A stretch of 64,000 nucleotides of DNA from Marinicella sp. (GTDB lineage Bacteria > Pseudomonadota > Gammaproteobacteria > Xanthomonadales > Marinicellaceae), in the NCBI GenBank assembly GCA_965230295.1, contig OZ246001.1:832001-896000 (forward strand), read 5' to 3'. The notes beneath the pieces were generated by a model that saw only the letters and a list, made by a program, of their open reading frames with translations, had not been told where the DNA came from and did not search any database. Shown here piece by piece: positions 28,935 through 39,600 of the stretch (position 1 is the first letter of the stretch; each line of letters opens with the position of its first letter). The position numbers and the translations under genes are program-made.

Positions 28935-30075
28935 TGCCTGTCTCCTCTTCATTGTTGTCTTTAAAATCAGACCTGATGGTGAACTTTTCTTTGTTGGTTC
29001 GTGGGTCCTGGGTCACGTTGCCAATAATTTCAGGTTCATGCCACATGGTTGATTGATTTAAAATAGGAATCAAAGCATTTGCATTGTCTGACTGTCCTAC
29101 CACTTCTAACCGTTCTTTATCTATCATGATTCGAGTCAAGTAAGTATTCATCGGAATTTTTCGGGTCAGTTCATTGAACATCAACAAGCGACTTGGGGTG
29201 TTCTTTTTGAGGTTGCCTAAGAAATTGGCTGCTTGAATGGACTCATTCAACTGGTTTTCAATCAGCTTGGCCCTTCTGGCATCTTTTCGTAATTCAGTGA
29301 CCTGGGATTCCAATGACTCAATCTTGACTTTCTTATTATCCAAAGACGAGTACATCACAAACCACAACAACACCAAGGCGACCACAGTCAAACCGGCATT
29401 CCATTTTATACTGGTCCAATCTTTTTTCTTGCGGACTTCCTTAGGCAGTATATTGATACCCAAGGCTTGAGGTGCTTCTTGGCTACCCATATTGACATCA
29501 ATACCAGACAATTGAACCCCTTTGGCTTCAAACAAAGCAACCAATGCATGTAAATCCTGCTTCTTAATGGCGCAGATGGTTATGGGGAATTTCTCACTGC
29601 CTTCAACCATTTCTCCTTTGATGTAAGCGAACACCACATCTTCTGCTTTGAACGGTATGTACTTATCCAATTCAAATGTCAACACAGATTCAATGTCATT
29701 AACTATAGCCACAGGCATGGCAACATTGCGAACCAATACTTTAGACTCATCCAATAAACAAGTGACTTCGGTGGCCAATTCAGCGGTGGCTAAATGGTGA
29801 TTCAACTGATGCCACCATTCTTTTCCTTCAACAGAATCATCAAAAGTCAGTGTGTTCATGGCACCACCTTCCTGTTGCCAAATTTTGACGTCTTCATCTT
29901 TACCCTGAGTATCGGTTAAAAACAGAGCCAATGATCTGGGAAACAATGTGGCTTGGTATTCATTGGGAACCATGGCCTTGAGTTCACTTGTCCACCAAAC
30001 CATAAATGCATGGATGCTTGATTCGTGATACCACTGCACCATGGGTTCAGTAAATTTTTCTATATAAGTTGTCAT
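28924..30075 (-). CDS. gspL: Type II secretion protein L (PilN domain)
   Basis: FMVWW, LTFELDKYIPF, INILP before the TM helix, PilN-like periplasmic domain. Confidence 0.88.
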   Translation of the reverse strand: MTTYIEKFTEPMVQWYHESSIHAFMVWWTSELKAMVPNEYQATLFPRSLALFLTDTQGKDEDVKIWQQEGGAMNTLTFDDSVEGKEWWHQLNHHLATAELATEVTCLLDESKVLVRNVAMPVAIVNDIESVLTFELDKYIPFKAEDVVFAYIKGEMVEGSEKFPITICAIKKQDLHALVALFEAKGVQLSGIDVNMGSQEAPQALGINILPKEVRKKKDWTSIKWNAGLTVVALVLLWFVMYSSLDNKKVKIESLESQVTELRKDARRAKLIENQLNESIQAANFLGNLKKNTPSRLLMFNELTRKIPMNTYLTRIMIDKERLEVVGQSDNANALIPILNQSTMWHEPEIIGNVTQDPRTNKEKFTIRSDFKDNNEEETGNES

Positions 30076-30953
30076 TTGTGCTCGTTATCTCTCCAACGTA
30101 CCACCCGATAGGGTCGTCCTTGTAAATTACCACCCATTCTGATGGTGGCATCAATTTGGGCAAATTGTTTGTTTGGTAATGTCGCCTTGCTGATGATGCT
30201 GAAAGTTGTTCCGCCTCCCCTGAACTGACCAGAATATCCTTCAGCCAGAAGCGGCAACTCCATATTGACATCATCGATGTTGTGTCTTTCTGTTAAGTAG
30301 TTATCGGCCATGTCTGCCGTTATGCCATCAATCGACATCAACACTTCTTTAGGAGCGAATGCCAGGTTGATGTTTTTCCTGCCAGAATAAACTGTCAAAG
30401 CCGGTTCGATTTTTTTATAAAGCTCGTAACTGATGTCCATCACTTGGATCAATTCAGGCACAGTATCAAAAGGCGCATCCTTCGCACCATGTTGATAACC
30501 AGCTGCAAAATAATCCCCATCTTCGGCACCGGCTAATCGAATTTCTTCATCGGCATCTTTCCAATCAAGAATTTTATCAACCAATCCAATCGCTTCATCA
30601 TAATCGATGCCTACTGAGGCAAACAAACCAATCAAAAGTTCCTCTCCAGCTTGGTTCAAATCAATTTTACCTGATTCGTCAGTCACCTGAATTTCAATTT
30701 GGGCCCCTTCCAATTCGAACTTGTGCACCCGGCCATCAGCAATCCACCTTGTTTCAGGATCAGGGTTTCTGAGCTCGTACACTGTTCTGTTTAATCCGGC
30801 TTCTGCCAAAAACCTGGCTTGGGTTTCATTGAACAAAATACGTGACTGTAAACTTTCTGTCCTGGCGGACAAAGCAAAACTACCCGCAATGACACTCATC
30901 AACAAAGCCACCCACAAGACCAGGACCAATGCAATGCCATGCTGCTTGTTCAT
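30072..30953 (-). CDS. gspK: Minor pseudopilin K
   Basis: QHGIALVLVLW, DESGKIDLN, ILDWKDAD. Confidence 0.93.
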   Translation of the reverse strand: MNKQHGIALVLVLWVALLMSVIAGSFALSARTESLQSRILFNETQARFLAEAGLNRTVYELRNPDPETRWIADGRVHKFELEGAQIEIQVTDESGKIDLNQAGEELLIGLFASVGIDYDEAIGLVDKILDWKDADEEIRLAGAEDGDYFAAGYQHGAKDAPFDTVPELIQVMDISYELYKKIEPALTVYSGRKNINLAFAPKEVLMSIDGITADMADNYLTERHNIDDVNMELPLLAEGYSGQFRGGGTTFSIISKATLPNKQFAQIDATIRMGGNLQGRPYRVVRWRDNEHK

Positions 30954-31651
30954 TGAGTATCTCCAGCTGTTCTGCGGTTATTCTGCAACATGTTTAAGGT
31001 ACTGTTTCTGCGTCGGCTTGATGTACTTGAACCATCAACCTGTACAGCCACCTGAAGCAGCGGCCAACGCTCTTTTGCGGACCGCTGCATTTCCAAATCA
31101 AGCTGCACCATCAATGGCATAGCCATTGGGTTTTCCAGTTCATTGACCCACTCTGTTGGCAAGCCTTCTTCATCCACTTCGATGAAGGCAAATGCGCCAT
31201 CTCTTATGTTTTCTAACAACACAATGGGCTCTGCTGTATCAAAGGCGGATTGCTCATCCTCGTCGTCATAATTACTGACCAGCCCGTGGGTAAACTGTAA
31301 CAGTTTGCCGCCATCGGCATTAACCAATTCAAGCTTTTGTATGTGAGGGCCGCCAGAACCAAGGTAACCTGGCATTTGTGCCACAAAGGTGATCGAATTT
31401 TCATCACCCATAAATTTCAGCAGTTCACCTTCATCTGAGAAAGCCACGCCAATACCCATGGCCCTGGATATTTGGTGTCGAATGATGCCCTGAATGACTC
31501 GCATTTCATTGATGGCAGTGATCCGCTGCTCACCTTTTTCAGCCGTTCTGCGACCTGAGTCTATACCTGAAAAGATCATGGCCATGATCATGGCCAACAG
31601 TGTAAACACCACAATCACTTCTATTAAAGTAAAACCAGCGTTGCGTTTCAT
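30950..31651 (-). CDS. gspJ: Minor pseudopilin J
   Basis: Prepilin motif AG|FTLIEV; position after I. Confidence 0.88.
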   Translation of the reverse strand: MKRNAGFTLIEVIVVFTLLAMIMAMIFSGIDSGRRTAEKGEQRITAINEMRVIQGIIRHQISRAMGIGVAFSDEGELLKFMGDENSITFVAQMPGYLGSGGPHIQKLELVNADGGKLLQFTHGLVSNYDDEDEQSAFDTAEPIVLLENIRDGAFAFIEVDEEGLPTEWVNELENPMAMPLMVQLDLEMQRSAKERWPLLQVAVQVDGSSTSSRRRNSTLNMLQNNRRTAGDTQ

Positions 31652-32100
31652 TTGCCCAATCCTTGTGCTTCAGAGTAATCTGGGGTCATGGCCTTGAGGG
31701 TGAAAAAGTCGACACTGCGGCGATTGTCATGCCCGTCAAACCAACTCAATGTCAATTTAACTTTAAACAATTCCACTGGAGCAAAATCCATTTCCACATT
31801 GCCTTCGTATGGCACATCATAAGGCTGGATCACCACATCCCAGTCCACATCTTCTTCAAAGCTTCCAGAAACAGAACCTTCTTCAACGGGTATGATCAAT
31901 CCCACTTCATCCATTTTACTTTGGGCCAACAAGGCAATTTTAGAACGCTCTGAAGATTTAATGGTGTTGGTACTGGAATTGGATAAAATTTCCAACACCA
32001 CCATAAAAGTCATGGCCAATATCGTGAACGATGCAATGACTTCAATCAAGGTAAAACCCTGGTTGGCCAGTGGTGGCTTTATGTTTGATCTGCGCATCAT
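31648..32100 (-). CDS. gspI: Minor pseudopilin I
   Basis: QG|FTLIEVIASF, ALLAQSKMDE. Confidence 0.88.
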   Translation of the reverse strand: MMRRSNIKPPLANQGFTLIEVIASFTILAMTFMVVLEILSNSSTNTIKSSERSKIALLAQSKMDEVGLIIPVEEGSVSGSFEEDVDWDVVIQPYDVPYEGNVEMDFAPVELFKVKLTLSWFDGHDNRRSVDFFTLKAMTPDYSEAQGLGK

Positions 32101-32543
32101 ATCTCGGTGTCTTTGAACAACCTGATTTCACCAGTTAACCAAGCCACATTGATGCGCCAAAAACGCTCATCATAAATCAAAGTCACTCGACCACCGGTTG
32201 AACTGCCATCAGAAAAAAAACGAAACCCCGCTTGATCATCAGCTGGGACTTCTGATGCAGCCGCATAAACCTTCAGCTCCATGCCTTCTGGCAACATAAC
32301 CTTGGGTCGACCAGGTGCTTGGTAAGATTTATCACTGACATTGATCATCAAGCGTTGTTCTTTGTGTTTAACCACCGCCTGTGAACGGGTGTAGCGCAAA
32401 GCCGCCACCAGATCTTTACTGGCGCCTCTGATCTTGCTGGCTTTCAGAGAGCCTGACATGTTGAAGGCAACGGTGCCAGCCAACACGGCCAGCATCACCA
32501 ACACCACCAAAACTTCTATCAATGTAAAACCAGATCGACGCAC
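32097..32543 (-). CDS. gspH: Minor pseudopilin H
   Basis: SG|FTLIEVLVVL, FRFFSDGSSTGG, VAWLTG; GTG start. Confidence 0.9.
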   Translation of the reverse strand: MRRSGFTLIEVLVVLVMLAVLAGTVAFNMSGSLKASKIRGASKDLVAALRYTRSQAVVKHKEQRLMINVSDKSYQAPGRPKVMLPEGMELKVYAAASEVPADDQAGFRFFSDGSSTGGRVTLIYDERFWRINVAWLTGEIRLFKDTEI

Positions 32544-32558
32544 TGTGATGCCTGTTAC

Positions 32559-32972
32559 TTACTGCCAATTACCGATGTCTGCAGCCAATTTCTCGCCGCC
32601 TGGACTCTTGTCTTTACCGTATGAATAGATATCAAACGATTGACCATGTTGGCTGTTGGCAGAAAAGTGGTATGGCTCGCCCCAAGGATCTTTCAAATCC
32701 TTTTCTTTGACGTAAGGGCCCATCCACATGGAATCACCATTGTCGTTGTACAACTCACTTAAACTGTCGGGCATGTTGCCTGTGTCTAAATAAAATTCGC
32801 TGACTGATTGCGATAATTTTTGCACCATAATCTTGGCTTCTTTGTATTTCGCTTTGTCTTGACCTCCGGTTACATTGGAAACCACCAGACCAAATATCAC
32901 GGCCAATATGGTCATCACCACCAGCACCTCAATCAAGCTGAAACCTTGCTGTTTTCTCTTATTGTTCATCAT
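32559..32972 (-). CDS. gspG: Major pseudopilin G
   Basis: QG|FSLIEVLVV, WMGPY, KDPWG, DIYSYGKD..PGG...DIGNW. Confidence 0.95.
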   Translation of the reverse strand: MMNNKRKQQGFSLIEVLVVMTILAVIFGLVVSNVTGGQDKAKYKEAKIMVQKLSQSVSEFYLDTGNMPDSLSELYNDNGDSMWMGPYVKEKDLKDPWGEPYHFSANSQHGQSFDIYSYGKDKSPGGEKLAADIGNWQ

Positions 32973-32977
32973 AAATA

Positions 32978-34189
32978 TTATCCTACTAATTCACTCATGT
33001 TCATCATCGGCATCAGGATGGCAAACACAATGGTAAAAATAAAGCCTGCCAAAATCAGTACCAATACGGGCACCAATACCGACAGCATGCGTTCAATGGT
33101 ATTTTTGACTTCACCATCATAAGTATCTGATGCCCTCACCAGCATCTCATCTAAATTGCCTGTTTCCTCACCTACGCTCAATAATTGTTGTGCCAGTTTT
33201 GGAAAGGCTTCTTCTTCGGACAACGCATCTGACAGCGGTGCCCCATGTTTGACTTTTTCTGTGGCCTCCGTGATGGCCTTTAAGATGACCGTGTTGTTGA
33301 TCACTTTTTTTGCCACCGATAAACCCGTTAACAATGGCACACCGCTGTCAGCCAGTGTACCCAGTGTACGGGTGAATTTAGCAGTTTCAACACGCGTAAT
33401 CAATTCGCCGAACAGGGGTAAATTAAGCATGCGTTGGTCCCAGTTATACCGAAATTCGGGTTCTTTGAGTTTTTGCTTAAACAACACCACCACGACGATG
33501 ATCAGCAGCAACAAAACCCACCAAAAACTTTGCACCACAGCAGCGGCCGCAAAGACTATTTGGGTGATCAATGGCAATTCAATGTTGGCATCTTCGAACA
33601 AAGGCTTGAACTTAGGCACCACTTTGGCCAGCAAGATGAACAAAGAACCCACTGCCAACACCATTAAGATGGCTGGATAAATCATGGCTGAAACCACCGA
33701 ATCCCTGAGTTCTTTAGAGCTTTTCAAATAATCACTCAAGCGCTGTAATGACACTTCTAAGGTGCCACCCATCTCGCCAGCCCGGACCATGTTGGTGTAC
33801 ATCGTTGAAAACACCCCATGTTGGTCTTCCAGCGCATCTGACAAAGATCCACCACCACGGACTTTATCACGCACCTGCTCAACCATGTTCCTGACTTTTT
33901 CATCATCGGTCAGATCAATCATCACCGACAAAGAACGATCCAGTGGCATACCTGAATTCAACAAAGTTGATAGCTGTTCAGTGAAAAACCCGACTTGTTT
34001 TTGGGAGATCTTACTGCGCCTGGCCAACAAGTTTTCCAGTGAAAATCCAGGCTTAAGCTCTTTGGCGGATACCGGCATGTTGCCGGCTTCTTGAATTTTA
34101 GCAATCACTTCGGCTTGCGAGGCCGCTTCTAAATGACCTTCTAACTGTTCACCGGTTGGGGTGATTGCTTTGTAGATAAACTGTGCCAT
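32978..34189 (-). CDS. gspF: Type II secretion inner-membrane platform protein F
   Basis: AGEMGG, SAMIYP, VGEETGNL; two GspF domains. Confidence 0.95.
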   Translation of the reverse strand: MAQFIYKAITPTGEQLEGHLEAASQAEVIAKIQEAGNMPVSAKELKPGFSLENLLARRSKISQKQVGFFTEQLSTLLNSGMPLDRSLSVMIDLTDDEKVRNMVEQVRDKVRGGGSLSDALEDQHGVFSTMYTNMVRAGEMGGTLEVSLQRLSDYLKSSKELRDSVVSAMIYPAILMVLAVGSLFILLAKVVPKFKPLFEDANIELPLITQIVFAAAAVVQSFWWVLLLLIIVVVVLFKQKLKEPEFRYNWDQRMLNLPLFGELITRVETAKFTRTLGTLADSGVPLLTGLSVAKKVINNTVILKAITEATEKVKHGAPLSDALSEEEAFPKLAQQLLSVGEETGNLDEMLVRASDTYDGEVKNTIERMLSVLVPVLVLILAGFIFTIVFAILMPMMNMSELVG

Positions 34190-35919
34190 TATTCGTGTGA
34201 TACCCTGATTACTTCTTCAAAGCTGGTGTCACCAGCCAAACATTTCAACAAACCATCTTCATACATCGTTAACATGCCTTCTGCTTGTGCTTGTTGTTGC
34301 AACTCACCTGCCGTTGCACCTTTCATCACCATGCGCCTGAGTTCCTCAGACATGGTCAAGCATTCCAGAATCGACATCCTGCCAGAATACCCTGTCGGAT
34401 TTTCTTCTGATGGCCTGGGACGATAAAAGAATATTTCTTTGTCATCTGAAAAACGCTGTAAGTTCAACTCGTCAACCATTTCTGGCATCACCTGATACCG
34501 TTCCATGCTGTTCTTATCCAGGCGGCGCACCAGTCGTTGGGCCAACAACCCATTGACCGTTGAAGTTAATAAATAGTCTTCAACACCCATATCAACCATC
34601 CGGGTGATACCGCCGGCAGCTGAGTTGGTGTGAATGGTTGACAATACCAAGTGCCCAGTTAAGGCTGATTGAATGGCGATTTTGGCCGTTTCTAAATCAC
34701 GCATCTCACCAATCATGATGATGTCCGGATCTTGTCTTACAATGGCCCTCAAGGCAGACGAGAAATCCAGGCCGATGGAAGCTTTGGCTTGAATTTGATT
34801 GATACCTGTCAACTGATACTCTACCGGATCTTCAACCGTAATGATTTTGCGATCTTCGGTGTTAAGCCGCTGCAATGCAGTGTACAAGGTGGTGGTTTTA
34901 CCACTACCGGTTGGCCCAGTCACCAACAGAATCCCATGCGGCATTTCCAGCACTTTTAAAAACGGATTCAAGGTGTGGTCGCGAAAACCCAACTTATCAA
35001 AATCAAAAACAATACTTTCCCGGTCCAAGATACGCATCACCACTGACTCACCATATGAAGTAGGGACAGTCGACACCCTGAGATCCAACTCTTTACCCTG
35101 AACCCGCAGCATGATACGTCCATCTTGCGGTAACCGACGTTCAGCAATGTTCAGCTTAGCCATGATCTTGATACGCGAAATTACCGCTGCAGTTGATCTC
35201 GCTGGCGGCGATTCAACTTCATGTAACACGCCATCCAGGCGGTAACGAACTTTCAATCGGTTCTCAAAAGGTTCTATGTGAATGTCGGACGCTCGAGATT
35301 CTACAGCTCGCTGCATAATCATGTTCACCAATCGAATCACCGGCGCCTCACTGGCCAAGTCTTTCAGGTGTTCAACATCTTCTACTTCACCGCCTTCATC
35401 TGACAGGCCTTCAACCAACTGACCCATGGCAGATTTACCACCGCCATAATATCGCTCTATGGCATTTTCCACATCCGATGGTAAGCCTATCTTGATTTCC
35501 AAGTCCTTTTCAGCAACCATATTAATGGCTTTGGTTAAGTACTCTTCATAAGGATAAACCATCACCACAGTCAACTTTTCCTCATCTTCATCAATTGGTA
35601 CAAATTGGTTCTCACGCATGTATCTGATTGGAAACTCCACATCAACAGATGTACTTTCTGGCAAATCTTTATCACTGAGGATGGGCAGATCCATCAATTC
35701 ATTGATTGACATGGCCACATCACGCTCAGAAGCCAGACCCAACCTGACCAACAATGGCACCAAAGAAACGCCAAAGCTTTCTTTATTCAATCGCAATCCG
35801 CGTTGCAAGTCTTCTTCTTTCAAACGCCCTTGGTCAACCAAGTATTGACTCAGTTGTTGTTCAAAAGTGAGCGGCTTTACTGGCTCAGTTTGTGGTTCTT
35901 CAATTACCTTTTCAGACAT
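34189..35919 (-). CDS. gspE: Type II secretion ATPase E (XpsE-like)
   Basis: ASDIHIEP, ERRLPQDGR, GPTGSGKTTT, EDPVE, RQDPD, GHLVLSTIHTN. Confidence 0.97.
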   Translation of the reverse strand: MSEKVIEEPQTEPVKPLTFEQQLSQYLVDQGRLKEEDLQRGLRLNKESFGVSLVPLLVRLGLASERDVAMSINELMDLPILSDKDLPESTSVDVEFPIRYMRENQFVPIDEDEEKLTVVMVYPYEEYLTKAINMVAEKDLEIKIGLPSDVENAIERYYGGGKSAMGQLVEGLSDEGGEVEDVEHLKDLASEAPVIRLVNMIMQRAVESRASDIHIEPFENRLKVRYRLDGVLHEVESPPARSTAAVISRIKIMAKLNIAERRLPQDGRIMLRVQGKELDLRVSTVPTSYGESVVMRILDRESIVFDFDKLGFRDHTLNPFLKVLEMPHGILLVTGPTGSGKTTTLYTALQRLNTEDRKIITVEDPVEYQLTGINQIQAKASIGLDFSSALRAIVRQDPDIIMIGEMRDLETAKIAIQSALTGHLVLSTIHTNSAAGGITRMVDMGVEDYLLTSTVNGLLAQRLVRRLDKNSMERYQVMPEMVDELNLQRFSDDKEIFFYRPRPSEENPTGYSGRMSILECLTMSEELRRMVMKGATAGELQQQAQAEGMLTMYEDGLLKCLAGDTSFEEVIRVSHE

Positions 35920-36006
35920 AAATTTTCATTTTTTCAATTGTTGCTTGGTACACATACCATTGCTTGTTTCACTCAGACAGTACATGAACTTTAAAGTTTC
36001 TTATGT

Positions 36007-36615
36007 TTACTGACTGTTTTGTTTACTATTGTACTGAGTTATTTCCTCAATAAAACTTCTATTCAATAAAACCCAGGCCATGATGGGCACCACTGCCGGG
36101 ATGATCAAATAGGACAGTTGATACATGGCTGCCACCAGATTGTGACTGATTCCTGTTTGATTGATGGCTTGAAAAGCATCTCCACCACCTGAGAACAACA
36201 AAGACTTACATGTGTCCCAAAATACGCCATTGGCTTGAACCAGACAAATCAGCACATAACCCAATGAGATTTGTATCGCCTTGTTGTAACTCTTCAGAGC
36301 AGGCACAGACAAAACCAAACCTGCAAGTAAGGGTAAGCCATAACCATACTTCATGGGGTTAACCGTTACTTCTATGACGGCCAGTTGGCTCCCCTGGTGT
36401 GGCAGTGATTCAGGAAAAACCAATGTTTGTACTTGAAACATAAAGTTTTGCTGAATGATGCCATTAAATAAATCAGGCTGCCATAGTTGCATCACCCATG
36501 CAGACAACCATTTGATGGGTAACACCAAAACTGGTGCCGCCATAAACCACAAAAAAAAGCACAAAGGTAAATACAACAATGCACTGATCAACAGGGTCTT
36601 AATTGGCGATTTCAT
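36007..36615 (-). CDS. Membrane protein resembling the exosortase H-associated membrane protein family
   Basis: LPLCFFLW N-terminal TM, NPMKYGYGLPLLAGLVL motif, YQLSYLIIP..VP..AW C-terminal TM. Family recognised from memory. Confidence 0.65.
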   Translation of the reverse strand: MKSPIKTLLISALLYLPLCFFLWFMAAPVLVLPIKWLSAWVMQLWQPDLFNGIIQQNFMFQVQTLVFPESLPHQGSQLAVIEVTVNPMKYGYGLPLLAGLVLSVPALKSYNKAIQISLGYVLICLVQANGVFWDTCKSLLFSGGGDAFQAINQTGISHNLVAAMYQLSYLIIPAVVPIMAWVLLNRSFIEEITQYNSKQNSQ

Positions 36616-36624
36616 GGCAACACT

Positions 36625-39600
36625 TTAACCAACAAACAACCTGGCATTATAGAACATCCTCATCCAAGGTGAATTCTCACCCCAATCTGTTGGCGCAAAG
36701 GACATTTGAGCGGTGCGAAAGACCCTTTCCGGATGAGGCATCATGGCCAGCACACGACCACCGGCTCCACTGACTGCCGCCAATGACTGATCAGATCCAT
36801 TTGGATTAAAAGGATATGTCATGGTGGGATTACCATCGTTGTCTATATACTGTGCCGCCATTTGCGAATGATCAGCTCCGTGGGCAGCAAAATGTGCCCG
36901 CCCTTCACCATGGGCTATGGCCACAGGAATATGAGCGCCGGACATGCCTTTGAAAAACATGTTGTTGCTGTCGTTGATTTTCAGTTGTGAAAAACGCGCT
37001 TCAAATTGTTCACTTTCATTGCGCAAAAAATCTGGCCAATGGCTTGTTTCAGGGATGATCGAACGCAAACCAGACAACATCTGACAGCCATTACAAACAC
37101 CCAACGCAAATTTTTTCTCATCGGCAAAAAACTCAGTGAACTGAGCACGCAAAGTGGCGTTAAACAGAATGGTTTTCGCCCAACCCAAACCGGCACCCAG
37201 CACATCTCCATAAGAGAAACCACCACAAGCCACCAAGCCATTGAAGTCCATCAGGTTGACTTGTTGATCAATTAAATCTTGCATGTGCACATCCACACAA
37301 TCAAAACCAGCGCGCATAAAGGCAGCTGCCATTTCATTCTGACCATTGACGCCCTGCTCCCGCAACACGGCCAATTTCGGTTTTGGGTCATTTTTAAATT
37401 GTGAGATCAGGTTATTCTGATAATCGAAGTTCACCTGTGGATTGATGCCAGGGTTGTCTGCTTTAACAAGCTCATATTCCTGATCTGCCACAGCCGGGTT
37501 ATCTCTATTTTTGGCCATTTGATAACTGGTTGCTGACCAAATCGATTCCAATTCGCTCCTGGCCCATTCACAACCGCCATCAACATGTGTGATTTGAAAA
37601 CTGTCTTGATCGGTAATTATGCCAATGGGGTGTGTGATGGCATCCAGACCATAGGTATTCATCAACTGATCCAGAGCGGCTTTGTTTTCTGGTTTAACTT
37701 CAATCACCAGGCCAGGTTCTTCGGCAAACAAACAAGCGGTTGTATCATCAGACAATCCTGAAACATCCAAATGAACACCACAATGACCAGCAAAACTCAT
37801 TTCGGCCACAGTGGTCACCAAACCACCATCAGAACGATCATGACAAGCTTCCACCCAGCCATTAGCCAACGCCTTGTGCATCAATTCAAACAATTGCGCC
37901 AATTGACCAGGGTCATCTAAGTCAGGGCTGTGCTGGCCCATTTGTCCTTGTGTTTGGTAAAGCACCGATCCACCTAAACGATTCTTGCCAGCTGACAGAT
38001 CAATCAACCACAACTCATTGCCCACTGTGCCTGACAGTTGAGGGGTTTTGTGTTTGGTGACATCTTGCACAGGGGCAAATGCAGAAATGATCAATGACAT
38101 GGGCGCTGTCACACTTTTTTGTTCACTGCCATCGCGCCAATGTGTTTGCATTGACATGGAGTCCTTACCCACCGGTATCCCAATATCTAAGTCCGGACAC
38201 AATTCCATACCCACAGCATGAACTGCCTCATGAAGCGCCTGAAATTCACCAGGGGCAGAACTGGCTGCCATCCAGTTTGCCGATATTTTGATATCACCTA
38301 AGCGATCAATACCAACCCCGATTAAATTGGTGATGGCTTCACTGACAGCCATCCTTGCAGAGGCTGCAGGGTTCAATAAAGCCAGTGGTGTTCGTTCGCC
38401 CACTGCCATGGCCTCACCAGCCAGTGATTCATAATCCCGCAGAGTGATGCCACAATCTGCAACGGGTACTTGCCAAGGTCCAACCATTTGATCACGGTGA
38501 ATCAATCCGGATACGGTACGATCACCGATGGTGATCAAATATTTTTTACTGGCCACCGCAGGAAATGACAGGACCTGCTCAACTTGCTGCCGCAAGTTTA
38601 AACCAGTTGGCGTAAACGCATGGGTTTTGGGTGCGGTTGACTTGATATCAATGGCTGTTTTGGGCGTATTGCCAAATAACAAATCCATGGGTATGTCAAC
38701 CGGGCTGTTCTGAAAGTGGGCATCATTAACCCGCAAAGTCTGCTCAGCTGTGGCTTGACCCATCACTGCATAGGGGCACCGCTCACGCTTACAGATGGCC
38801 TCAAACTCTGACAACTTCTCTGGTTTGATCGACAATACATAACGTTCTTGAGATTCATTACACCAAATCTCCATGGGAGACATCGACACGTGATCTATTT
38901 GCAACTTCCTGAGTTCGATTTCTCCACCCAATGCGGCATCATCTAAAATTTCTGGTATGGCATTGGACAACCCACCCGCTCCGACATCGTGGATAGACCT
39001 GATTGGACTTTCTGCTTGTTTATACCAACACCGGTCGATCACTTCTTGGCAGCGGCGTTGCATTTCAGGGTTACCACGTTGTACTGAAGCAAAATCCAAT
39101 TCTTCTTGTCCATCGGCACTGCTGATGGAACTGGCCGCACCACCGCCCAATCCAATCAGCATCGCTGGACCACCTAAAACGATGACAAAGTCACCGGCCT
39201 GAGTATCTTGTTTACGGGTATGGATGTGATTGATGTTGCCCAAGCCACCGGCCAGCATGATGGGTTTGTGGTAACCTCGCCATGCGTTGGGTTCATCACA
39301 TGTTATTTCAAAATTCCTGAAGTACCCACAAATGTTGGGTCGGCCAAATTCATTGTTGAACGCAGCCGCACCAATGGGTCCTTTTTGCATGATTTCAAAT
39401 GCAGTGGCCATCCTGGTTGGTGTACCAGGTGAATTGCTTTCCCAATTTTGTTGATACTCGGGGATATGCAAATGACTGACTGAAAATCCACACAAACCGG
39501 CTTTCGGCCTGGCTCCTTGTCCAGTGGCAGCTTCATCACGGATTTCCCCACCTGAACCCGTAGCAGCACCAGCAAAGGGTTCGATACCTGTCGGGTGGTT

